64,000 nucleotides of DNA from Magallana gigas. Lineage: Eukaryota. The DNA is taken from the NCBI RefSeq assembly GCF_963853765.1, contig NC_088855.1:38316001-38380000 (forward strand), written 5' to 3'. Positions 52,208 through 64,000 of the stretch are shown in pieces. Within the stretch, counting starts at the first letter, position 1, and the number at the start of each line of letters is the position of its first letter. Both the position numbers and the translations under genes were made by a program. Under the pieces are notes generated by a model. The model saw only the letters and a program-made list of their open reading frames with translations. It did no database searches and was not told the DNA's origin.

Positions 52208-55200
52208 TCACCTGATTCCGCATGGTTCCATTACATTGAATGGCCAATCACAGACCTGCTTTCTCACGTTGAATACCAAACCTGGAAATATGTAAAGAAC
52301 AAATTGTTGACATGCTGATTAATACAATGGGTGCTTTAATATTTGATTTTTCTATTTAAGAGTTTTCAAAAATAACGGGTATAATTTTATGACATAATTA
52401 TATTCACGTATCGTCACGGTGATATTTTTTTACTGCACGTAGCATAAATGTATATCCTTTTATCTCTCTCTTAGCAGTATGTTACATTAAAAGTGAATTA
52501 AACTGTTGCGATTTTCTAGGGAAGAAATTTCTAGTTTCCTACGAGTTATTCTAGATACATATTGACTTACATAGGATGTACACTTGTTTAATAAATAAAA
52601 GTTACGAATAGATTTAAAACTATTAAAAATAGTTCTGGTTTAAAAAAAATACTGACATGATATAAATAAATAAATATCTGTTTTCCATAATGGTATTTGA
52701 TTTGTAGATTAACTTGATTCAATTTTTTAACAAAACATTAATTCAAATATATAAAACTATTAAAAATGCAATTGTTATGAAGTCAATCTTACATTAGTTT
52801 AAGTTAGTTTTAGTATTATATATTTATATATGAATATGTTAAAAACGGGTGCGTGAAGTGAATATCTATATTTAAATTAAAAACCTATAGATAAGAAAAC
52901 ATACTTTTACTGTTACATGTATCATATAACAATTCATGTACAATTCTTAATTTTTGTCTAATTACATGTATAAAATATGAGCAAAACGGAAATAAACACT
53001 TTCAATTACACATCTTTAATGTATGCATTTTGTTAAACAAATAAAATAAAGAATTAAAAAAGAATTTTATATTGATCTTTTTTTGCGTATACATTTACCC
53101 ATAGAGCAAGAATTGAATCCAAGAAAACTCTTTTTCCAGCACGTGTAAAAGCGCATACACTTGTGTTCTGTATCTGGAAAGTGTCCGTCAGGCAACTTGG
53201 TACAATCCCGAAATACTCCGCACGGTGAATGAACGTTGAAGGCACTGGAATAAAAGGTTACATGTAAATATTTATCTTAAAATGTACAATTATTATTACT
53301 TAATTATGTACATAAAATGACATGGAAAAGATTACAGAGCTCATTATATAGTTGGCTATATTGATTTCATCTATTACTTACACGTATATTCAATTTTTAG
53401 TTTCTTAAGAGTATGTCTATAATGTTAAGAGGTTTTTAGTACTAGTATTAATCGTTCTATTTCACTGTTTCTATAACGTAAACATTTAAGATAATTGCTA
53501 TAGTTTAGATCATATGCCATATAAATAATCTTGAGTATTTTTGTGGAGATTAATTCGTTGTGTATCTTTAATTTTCATAAAGTAATGCATGTATATTTAT
53601 GGATTAATCAAAGAAACAACTGTATTGTAAATTACGAATAAATATTTGAATTTGTTAAAAGTGTTTTCATAAAAAAGTATTCAATTCAAAGGACAAAATC
53701 AAAGTATATCCTGCGTTCTATTGTGGTTTCATCAATATTCATTGAATGCCAACTGTCGTGGAAATCGTTGTTTAGTTGATCCATGAAATAATGTTCATTA
53801 AAGTGCAATTTCTATTAACATTTTGTATTGATAGGGTCATTGGCCACGAATTAATGTATCTTTGAAGCTGTAATTTTCACTTTACCCACAAAAATTGATA
53901 CCCTTGAAAATTAATAAAACCACAATATTACAGTTTGGTTATGCAGATTTAGTTGTGCGTTTTTTAAAAATAGTTTTCATTATTATTTTTCCTCTCTTGT
54001 ATTGGATGTAATTGCTCTATAACTTACTATTCACAATTCCCTGAGTTCATATTGAAGACCATGTACTGATCGCAATGAAAGGTGACCGCTGTCCCATTCA
54101 CACATTTGAGATAAGTTTTACAGCTTCTCGCAAAGATGACATCGTCTCTTCCTAAACATAGATCATCTACGGCTGATTCTGAAGAGAGAAAAGGCAATTT
54201 TTCATGCAGATATTGCTTTTAATAATTGAAATCGCAATACAAATGTCTAAAAAAAAAAACCATTAAAGAATTCTTATATTTGAAGAAAATATTTAAACAC
54301 AATGAATAATTATTACTCTAGCAGAATAAGAGTTGAGTCAAAAAATGTAAAAGATTGTTAATCGTTTCGGAAAAAAAGTGAATTGTAATAAAAAAAAATT
54401 GCACCATAAATTGCTGAAATTGGAAGCATTTCAAAACAATTAAATCGTAAACAAAGAGAAAGTAGAGGAGATAAAATGCAAAAAATAATATACTACAAAT
54501 TAAAACATAGGTTTCTACCGTCAACTATTTAATTTATTGCGAAACGTTGCCATTTCAATGTAAATGAGGACCATTTCGGCTAAAACAACTTGTTTCCAAC
54601 AGGTTTAATGGATGGCCTCTCCAAACCTTTTTTTGAATCTTTGAATACATAAATAAAGTAAACTTTATAACAAAGAGTATACATTTACAAAAACCTCCTC
54701 CGCTAAGAATGATAATTTTTCTGATTTTCCCGATTTGGTATGCGTGTATAAAGAGAAGGAAAAGGTCAAGAAAATATACCACGAAACAACACTAAAGTTA
54801 GATATTTTTTGAAGTCATACGAGGACATGACATACACTCTTACCGGATTGCATACTGCTTAGCATTTTAAGCAGAAGAAAAACTATCAATAGATAGTTCA
54901 CTTCGTTTTATATAGATGAATTTGCAATAACACGATAGTATATGCAGACAAAAATCACCGTACTTTTAAAACAATTATTCTAAACTTCCGTGAAGAAATA
55001 GAACCCATCAATCGTCTGAGCTGAGTGTTTTGACACGTTAACTTTGTCACTGTTTTTGATAAAGATGTTTCCGCGTGTTAGGTGAGCTGCTCGACTATTT
55101 CCCGACCCAATTGTTGGCTGCATTTTTTAAGTATTCATACAATCTTTTGATTTTGAATTTAGGAATTCCAGTCGGTTATAATCGTGCATAATTAATCAGA

Positions 55201-56594
55201 ATTGTAAGCAATCAACAGATCTAAAGCGTTTATTATACGACGGCAATTTCTGTGTTTATGCTTAACTGAAGTTAAGTTTTAAGTGATATATGAATATTTT
55301 TATTTTAAATACTGCTTTTGCCATATAGTACAATGTTCATATAACTTGTCTTGATTATCATAGCTCATTTTTTTCTCTTACTAATTAATAATACATTGTA
55401 GAGATTTTGAAGTACATGTATAATACATGTACGATGGCATGAGAATTAAACGGTAACGTACAATTGCTCCAATTTATTTCAACCATTTGAGATTTATACA
55501 AAATTAATATTGTTATTTTCAAAGTGTTTAATTTTACATTGTTTTCTTAAACCATTCCACTAGTACTCTCACTTTACTCTTTAATTTATCATTTAGCAGC
55601 GTTTAATTGATTTTTATTATGTTTTCAAATAAAAAAAAATTTAAATATTCTATTCAGAATTATAATTTTTTTTCATAAATTCCTAATTCTATGATTTATT
55701 ATGTATAAACAATCAAAACAAAAAAGATAATTGTATATCTATGTATATAAGTATACGAAGAGTCAGACGCATGTTACATGTACGTACATCAAATTAACAG
55801 CATTCATTTGTCAAAAAAAGGAAAGAAAAAAAAACGATGGTTTGGTTGGCTCTGGACGTTTTGTGATTGAATTGTTAGGTCATTTCGGCAATCAGCATGG
55901 TTTAGCATAATATTGAATGATATGAATTTATATAGGGAGAAATCCAAACATACCACCCCTCCACCCCGCCCCCCCCCCCCCCCGAAAAAAAAAATCCATA
56001 CACACGCAAATAAAAACAAAGTTTCGGAACAAATTATTAGTTAGATATCGATGTTTTTGTTTATTATCATTAAAATAGTAATAATAATTTTTATTATAAC
56101 CATTATTATCATTTTTGCAAATATGATGATTTACATTTATTTAGAATGAAATCCTACTGTAAGGCATGACAAAAAGTAAAGCTTTAGATATTTACCGCTC
56201 AAAGCTTTTAACATGAAAATATGAATATTATTTATAACGCATTAAGTCCAAACTACTCATGCTGGTTAATTGCTACCCTAATTGTTGTATCGTATACTAT
56301 TACGGTACAATACATAATATAAATATAAAGTAATGGTATTAATATATCACTTTTTCAGCTTGTTGTGTTTTTAAAATGTTAATAATATCAAGAGACAAAC
56401 CTATAAACTATGCTTGCTAGTCAAAAAAAAAATTTCAAGGACAAATTTGTTTGCAAACATTCTCATTAAAGTACTTCGTCAGAAACTGGTGGTGAAATAT
56501 GTCATAATAGTGGTATACCGCAGTACTTACCGTAATATGCGGAAACCAAAACAAGTCCACAAATCGATAACAGAGAGTAGTGGACCAGTAACAT
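52208..56594 (-). CDS. Secreted protein with two peritrophin-A/CBM14 domains (144 aa), paralogue X
   Basis: Exons 56594-56531 (signal MLLVHYSLLSICGLVLVSAYY), 54178-54028, 53244-53099, 52281-52208. Internal exon lengths (151, 146 nt) equal those of paralogue Y. Product continues ESAVDDLCLGRDDVIFARSCKTYLKCVNGTAVTFHCDQYMVFNMNSGNCEYAFNVHSPCGVFRDCTKLPDGHFPDTEHKCMRFYTCWKKSFLGFNSCSMGLVFNVRKQVCDWPFNVMEPCGIR*. The first-exon assignment is less certain than the rest. Confidence 0.85.
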
Positions 56595-57960
56595 GTTCAC
56601 AAGACGTTAAAGGACACACCGAAGGCCTCGGTCTGGACGAGGTTCTAGTTCACAAAACTAAATGTTCAGACAATATGAACATTATTTTTACCCATGATGA
56701 ACTTTGTTTTAAATCACTTTTAGAAACCACTTTCAGAGATCCACTTAGAAATAAACACCCGGTCTCTTGCAGGCAGCACAAAAAGTTGTGTTCATATGTA
56801 TTTGGTTTGAGTCAGCAGGGCATTTATATATTTATAAGTTATTTTGCATAATCAAAAGGTAAAAAAACTTTCCAGTATTTATCAAATTATGGTAAAGAGG
56901 GAAATTACAGTGGACCCGTGACAGCTGTCACTCAGCTATTTGTCTCGGGAATTAGCAATTTTGTACCGTTGTCAACGGGAGACCATTAAATGAAAAGGTA
57001 GAAAAGGTTTTTGTAATGATATTGTGGTTTTGTACTAACCTTAAACAAGCAATCATCGTTTCATTGGCCTGTCAAATCCATTAGCATTATTAAAGTTCCA
57101 ATCCTTTTCATATCTCAGTGCAAGAGTTCATGGTTCGCGGGAACATTTCGGTACACTGATTGACTGTTTTCCGATTTTATTGACCAATCTTAACTTCAGT
57201 AGTTTAAAAAAATAAGGCAATTAAAAATAGCTCTCAAGACTTCAACTGAATGAAATCATTTGTTCATTTCGACCGCTTGGAATTCCATTCGTTTTTATTC
57301 AGAATTAAATTCTACCAATGATTGGAACTATAAGTTATAAGAAACTTAAATCATTCTAATGATAAAGGAAAATAAAACAAAGGTATATATTTGTTACGTC
57401 ATCTCAATCTGACTACTCTTTTGTCCATTCCATAATCAATGTCCTGTTTTGGGTTATCCGCAATTTATCGCTTCAGTCGAGACTAAACCAAAGATACTAG
57501 TTTATCCAGTAAAACTTTAGCCAAGAAACGGAAAAATAAAAATTTAAAAAGGGGTGGTACTTAAACGGAAACTATAGGATTATTTAATCTTATAAACAAT
57601 AAATGTTTTGAATTAAAATCACAGATTATTTTGTCCCACACGACATACATTTGATCTTTGATTGGTTAAGGATTTCTTCAGTAACTTTTCGGCTGCGTTG
57701 AAGCATGTATTTTCACAAGGAAATGCCTAATATGTAAATATGGACGTTGCTGCATACAAGGTTTTTACTTTGATCTTAACATGTAGTAAAATTCCTTTCT
57801 GTGTTTGATCCATACATGTTAGGATATGCAAACAGAGGACACGGTGACCGCCGGATAAAACATATCCGGCATCAGCGGGTATGGTAACTTTTTACTGCAA
57901 TGTTCGCCTCCCAAAAACATTCAAGTGTTATATATATCTCTCACCGTAGGTCTTTTTTAA

Positions 57961-58506
57961 ATTATTTAAACAATAAAATGCTTTCTTTGGGGATTCATTC
58001 GGGATATGAAGGTAGCGACATTGCAGAAAAAATACATAACCCGCGTTATGTAAATTTTTTTTTTCTGCAATGATTGCTACCTTCATTACCCGAATGAATC
58101 ATCAAAGAAAGCATTTTATTGTTTATATTAACATCTTTCTTTTAGCAAATTGATAAATTGATTATGAAAAGTAAGTAAAATTCACTAAATTACTGTTAAT
58201 GTACGTAAGTACGTTAACTAAAAGAAACAGCCAAATCGTCTCCTGTGAGACTTTGAGTCTGACGTCGTCATGATTATTTCGTGCAGTCCGTGATTTTTCC
58301 TTGGTAGTTGTTGGTCTCGACCAATCGATAAACTGGGCGTGTCAAGTTTGGTCCTGTCACTTTCTTGTCAGTTTCAGCCGCTGTAGATTTCGACCAATAA
58401 ATAAACGGGGCGTGTAGATTTCAATCTGGCTGTTTCTATAGAGCTATGAATTAACTATAAGTTTCCGTAAGAAATAGAGGGAATAATACTTGGTAGATGT
58501 AAATAT
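57961..58506. mobile_element. Partial copy of the fold-back element at 43810-44927, in opposite orientation
   Basis: Palindrome of about 165 bp (57961-58125) centred on TACATAAC-ccgc-GTTATGTA, followed by sequence matching the reverse complement of 44590-44770 and 43810-43990. Confidence 0.75.
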
Positions 58507-59221
58507 TCATATATAGTGGGTTAATATCCTAAGAAACAACACTTAGAAAGTTACTTAGAGGGAGGAGCCACAGGTCTGTCGTCACCTTTTTGCAATTTTT
58601 GCTTGCCAATGTTTGCAGTGTTGCTAAAACACTCTCGATAGATCTCACAATAATTATCAAAGACTTACTTAACCATTCTAAAATAATTTCACACATGGTA
58701 TATCGTGCCATTTTTTTGTCCAAACCAACATGAACATTAAGTTGGTGTCAGAGTTGGGATGCCCTGAAAGCATCGAAATTTATAGGGTTTTTTCCAAAAA
58801 GTCTATTTGTTCATTAGACATTTCTGTACATAATATTATATACATACTGATTCATCTAAAGAACATCTATGGTTTAGCACAACGTATAGCTTACAGTTTA
58901 GTATGTATGAAATAAAATAAGTAACTAAAAAATACCAGTGGTGTCCACAATTGCAGCTTGAAAAAGAGAGAAGAAAACGAATCCCGTCTTCAAAGATAGT
59001 AAGTTTTGTCAGTATATTCATATGTACAAACTGTTTTACATACATTTATTAATAATCTTTAAAACCAGCAATTATGACTACTCTAATGTTCAAGTAAGCA
59101 AAATTACATATAACGGCGGAGAAATTACTTTTACGATGACTCCTTGACCTTTATTGGCGCCTCAGAGGGTTTACGAATGCAGAGTTTTACAAACAGTGGC
59201 ATGTAAGAATATGCTAACCAG

Positions 59222-60290
59222 GGGCTCGTAACATAAAGCATGCTAAGATTTTGACTTACGTAGGGTCATAAGTAGGACTTAGGCGGAATCTTAGGACCTA
59301 CATAAGTCATACTTAAGTATGTCTTATACCGTAACATAAAGCAAACTTAGCAATGTCTTAGCTTAGTCATACTTATGTTAAAAGTAAAAACAAACTGTTC
59401 ATTTTTTTTATCGAATTCGAATGTATCGGTAATGAATCGTTATCTTAGGTTGATATCATGTTTATTTATAGATACATGTGCTTGGTATTTTTTATGTCAG
59501 ATGGGGTAGAATTAAATGTACAGACACAAAAATTCAAGGTATCATGAGTGTAAATATATGTACCTAAAAATTTTAAAAAGCTCAAAGCAATGGATCTCAG
59601 GCAATGCATTCAGTTAATTGTTGTTACTTCTTTGTTTTGATGAATATTCACTAGTCGTTCTCGAAGACTTCCTGTAGCGTAATATCGCGATGCCGTTTGA
59701 ACTTGATAGAATAATATAGTTGATTTCTATTTATTGTTTGATCTACATCTTATCTCGCCAATAAGGCAATTCACTTACTCTGAGTATAATTTCTTCATTA
59801 AATCAATATACTGAATCGAGGCAATCGTCATCTTTAAAATCACTGAGGGTTTTTTGTCTTCAAACGTTCTTTTTATAATTTCTCAGATTTCACGAGTTTA
59901 CGTATATACATGTAGTCACAAGTACTTCTTGTAAACTGATTGTTACGTGTTTACAACCTATTCAGCAGTCCACTTGCATACTATATGGAAAATGTTGCAG
60001 CTCATTAAGACCATTGCTAATGTTTATATCAATTAAACTAAAACTCTGATATTGAACTATATTATAAATACACTGTATTTACAAGCTAAATTGAAATACT
60101 TAACAAATAAACTTCTAAATATGTGTAAAACAAACTTAAGATAAACTTAAGCCACCTCTATCGGCCGTCTAAGTTTTATGTAAATTGTCCTAGCTAAGCA
60201 CTCTTCTAGTTACGGGCTTAAGTCTAAGAATGCACTTAAGTCCTGCTTAAGCACTGTCTTACACTTAAGTACCCTTTATGTTACGAGCCC
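59222..60290. mobile_element. PIF/Harbinger-type non-autonomous element (1069 bp) with a CAG TSD
   Basis: Perfect 17-bp TIR GGGCTCGTAACATAAAG / CTTTATGTTACGAGCCC, flanking CAG on both sides (59219-21, 60291-93), and many sub-terminal CTTAAG/CTTAG motifs. Confidence 0.85.
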
Positions 60291-60596
60291 CAGGCACGTA
60301 CATGTGTAGCACCCTCCCCCTCCCCCTTTTTTCTCGCAGCAAACAACTTCCTTAAATAGACGCATTAAAAATACATGTAGAATAATCCTGGAGTCGGTGC
60401 CTCTACTTTTTTTTTGGAGTATGTAAAAAAAATTGAAATAAGGGGAGTTGAAGTTATAGATATACGCATTTTGGCTTACCCTTCCCCTCCCGGATTTGGA
60501 TTTTCACGATTTGTGAATTTGCTTCTTTTTTTTTTTTCTTTTTTTTTTGTTCAAGATTCTTGGCTGAGTCCCATCTTCAAAACCGGTGCTACCTGC
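60291..60596. mobile_element. Poly-C/T element related to 22277-22557, in opposite orientation
   Basis: Starts CAGGCACGTAC. The distal end resembles the reverse complement of 22290-22335, but the second TIR is degraded. Confidence 0.55.
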
Positions 60597-62119
60597 TTAC
60601 ATAGGAAAACTACATGACCAATTTAAGGTGCAATTTCAGAGTAACTGTATTTTCTATGAAGAAATACATCCTGTTACGTTATCTAGAACGATAAATTGTC
60701 TAAAAATGAATAAACCGTGTCTTTGATTTCCAGTTGACCAAAATTCTAAATGTTCTAACTCCATCATGACTCTGAAACTGTGAGACATTCAAAATTTAAA
60801 AAAACAGATGTATTGCAAGTAACGTTTTTACAGGTAGAGCTGCAAAAACCGTCTTTAACAAAATCAAACGACGTGTATATTAATTGTGAATTCATAATTG
60901 CTTTAATTCTTCCGACCTAGATCATTCAAAAATTTCAATTATAATATTTCATTAAAGTACTCTAGCATCCAAGACAAATAGATTTGTATTCTTACAAAAA
61001 CATAAATCCTCTTTATTTACAGACAAGAGACTGTACGGTGTTGTTTTCTTCTAAGAAATTCAATTTTTTTAAATAACACTTTTTTGTCAGAACACATGCA
61101 AATATAGTTATATTAGACGTATAAAATTATTTTAATAATATTAATGTTAAAAGTTTTCCCTTAAAATTAACGGTTTTTTCGTATTTTGCGATCGTTTCAA
61201 TCAAAATTTGAAATAATAATTACTTTTTTTTGAATGAAAGAAAGATGTGAACGATAATTATATACGCAATCTTAATTTTAAAAAAAATTAATTCAACGGT
61301 AAATTTTTTTTAAAAATAACTATTTGTGCAAGCATTTGACTACAAATGTCCCCTATATTTTGTACTTTTAGCTGTTTAATGTAATTCAAACGAAAATTTC
61401 GTTAAAAAAATTGGTATGTATATTAACAGCTTTTGGTGAATTGCGTTTTGTATTTTATTATTTTTTTTTTTTCAATTACGAACGAGACGGAGACACAAAG
61501 AGACACTATAATGGAGGCCCTGACCTTTGTGCGGCACGACCATAAATCCCCGACCCACCAATCATTAGAGCTGGTCACCGATATTACTAGTCTTATCACG
61601 ACCCAACACAGGTGTCTTCTCGATCGAGTGTTATTGATCAATGCTCCACAGGTTACCATTGGTGTGCCAGTAATCTGTTTGTCTCTCACTTGATGAATTG
61701 TCAAATTGCTTTTGAAGTACGCATCTTATCAGAACTAAGTTACGCTTTCTGTCGAATAGGAAAGTAGGTGAAAAGCCAAATTGCTATAAAAAAGAAATCT
61801 CTGCTGCAAATTTGCATGAACCCAGTAATTAATGATGTGGTTAGTCACTATATAGGTCAATATTTCATAACAATTCTAATGAAGTTTAGTCTGCTCTATA
61901 TCCATAGTTTAGCATAATCGGTACCTTCCGAAATGATCAAAGGCGCATTGAATCATCAACAGAATTTTAAACAAAATTAGAAAGACACGTGTTTAATACA
62001 TTGTATTTAATACATTAAAAGTCTTTTCAAACATGTTTGGTATACAATTAAGTAAAGTATTAATCAGCAATTAATTAATTACTAATTATTCACACGTTTG
62101 TCGTCAGCTGATGAAGAGA

Positions 62120-63177
62120 TCACCCAAGTTGTTCCAGTGGACTTGACGTCATATTCGGATTGATTCCACATGGCGGACCGATGTCGGTGATGTAGTCACA
62201 AGTTTGTAGGGCAAAGTTAAATACAAGTCCAGCGGGGCACGGATTGTGTCCCATGAATTTCCGCGCATAGCACGTGAAATAATATTGACACTTCCGGTCG
62301 ATGTCCGGATATCTTCCGTCATCTCGACCTTCACAGTCCCGGAACGTCCCACAAATCTCATGCACATTGGCAGGACTGAAATGGATATCAAATTGTTTTA
62401 AACATTTTATCAGCGGTACGTCAAATTATACATTGTACTATTGGAGTTTTTCGTGTATTTTACCCATATGCAAAAGAGCAAACATGTATATGCCAATTGA
62501 TACTTTTGAATTTTACATTATATACGCAGGTACAATGTATATAAGTATATGCAGATAGAGCCTTTGTGTACCCCTGTAACAATACTATCATGTTTTAAAA
62601 AGCCGCATCTAGTTAACATATTACAAAGCTCTACTTCATATTGCACACCCTCTTCAACGTTTACGTCGCACAGAAGAAAATTTCTTCATCAGTGAAGTAC
62701 ATGATGTGAAAACCTAGGAAAATCATTGTGGTACATGTACAGTACTTACTCGTCACACTGGTTGGTATCTCGATTGAAGACCATAGGCTGCTTGCATTCG
62801 GTGATTGTGCCTACCCCGCCTTTACACGTGGTGTAGGCGCGACAGCCGGCGTCATATACTCCATCTACCCTCCCAACACAATTCTGTCCACATGCTGCAA
62901 ATAAAGGAATAAAATAAAAATTCATTCGTTGTGACGAATCTTTTTTTTTAATCTTGCAAATAAAAACCCGTCTACCAAAATCTGGCCGTACGAATTAATT
63001 CTCAAAAAAACTTTTAAAAATGTAGTTTACCATTTAACATTACATCAAGACTCAACCATTTTTATAATCTGGAAAAGATTGAAAAATATTTATAAGCCTG
63101 AACGACTGAAAGTTATTCTTACCAAAGTCAAAAATTGCAAGTAGAAGAACTGCTAAAGCGCTAGCGTAGACCTCCAT
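62120..63177 (-). CDS. Secreted protein with two peritrophin-A/CBM14 domains (151 aa), paralogue Z
   Basis: Exons 63177-63123, 62894-62750, 62375-62120: MEVYASALAVLLLAIFDFACGQNCVGRVDGVYDAGCRAYTTCKGGVGTITECKQPMVFNRDTNQCDDPANVHEICGTFRDCEGRDDGRYPDIDRKCQYYFTCYARKFMGHNPCPAGLVFNFALQTCDYITDIGPPCGINPNMTSSPLEQLG*. Confidence 0.93.
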
Positions 63178-63212
63178 TGTAACTTTACTACAACGAGGCG
63201 TCCATCCACTGC

Positions 63213-63220
63213 TATAAATA
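63213..63220 (-). promoter_or_regulatory. Candidate TATA box of CBM14 paralogue Z
   Basis: TATTTATA on the - strand about 36 nt upstream of the ATG at 63177. Confidence 0.4.
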
Positions 63221-64000
63221 AATACCTCCCACCCGCCCGTCTCATTTCTCGGTAGCTGGGTAGATCAAAGTCCTTCAGCTGATGAATATGACCAGTGTTT
63301 AGGTTAAAATGTCTTCCCCGCCCGAGAAAGTTTAATTAACAGATTATGGAAGTATCTGGTGTTTAGCTATCCGCAATTAACAACATAAACTTATAATCTA
63401 TGACTTCGTATGTGTCTTGATAAGGCAATAGTAGCACACATTTTACAACTTAAAGAGCCTGGGTGGTATCACGAATGTTCTTTTTATATCACTGAAGATA
63501 GAAAACCGGATGCTTGATTTGTTTTTGTTTTTTTTCATGCCTGTCCTTCTTTCTGTCTTTCTGTTTACCAAACCTAAATCTTTAAATCTTTTAAATGTAT
63601 TAAGCAGATGAACTTTTTTGGGCAAACATAATTTATTCAACTACTGATGTTCTCACAAATGTACCCTTACAAAGTACCATATGTCCATCCATTTTGTTTG
63701 ATCGTTAATATGTACACAAGAATAGTTTTTTAATAATTTAAAAGCTTTGTCGTCTTCAGAAACAATCTAAACAATTATAATGTTGAATTGTTCCTGCAAT
63801 TTCTCCCTATAAACCACATTCATCATAAAATCATCCCTTTTTTAGATATTGATTTGAATCATAATCAATCGTCATTGTACACAATTTAGGTCTAAATAAT
63901 TATTACATTTCTGCATCTTTTCCCACTTCAAGGACTCTGCAGCTTTATACAGACATTAACCTTATATTACTTATTCTGTAATTATTAAGAGTGTAAAAAC

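Noticed and set aside
56414-56851. 145-aa plus-strand ORF
   Set aside because: TTG start, no recognisable domain, antisense to the signal exon and 5' region of CBM14 paralogue X.
61423-61704. Overlapping ORFs on both strands in a GC-richer patch
   Set aside because: No domain, splice partners or clear termini; left unassigned.

Overview
Eukaryotic, AT-rich, intron-dense genomic DNA. The repeat families and a strong TACATGTA excess suggest a bivalve mollusc such as an oyster (inference). All gene models were spliced by hand. The window holds: (1) the 3' part of a multi-domain glycoside hydrolase family 1 (GH1, lactase/phlorizin-hydrolase-like) gene (+, <1..14638, four domains visible); (2) a complete tandem paralogue (+, 19496 or 21421..42550) with 43 exons and an intact 2974-aa frame: signal peptide, six GH1 domains and a GPI-like or short membrane tail, with two candidate signal-peptide first exons. 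In both genes the third-from-last domain has the catalytic acid/base Glu replaced by Asp (NEP to NDP) but an intact frame; (3) an uninterrupted 316-328-aa basic ORF nested antisense in an intron of gene 1; (4) three small secreted proteins on the - strand, each with two peritrophin-A/CBM14 chitin-binding domains (45917..47612, 52208..56594, 62120..63177), two of which are absent from the ORF track; (5) many non-autonomous transposon relics (nested Helentron/HINE-type elements, PIF/Harbinger-type and Mutator-type MITEs with TSDs, fold-back elements, poly-G/C elements) plus mini- and microsatellites. No rRNA, tRNA, CRISPR array or transposase gene was found.
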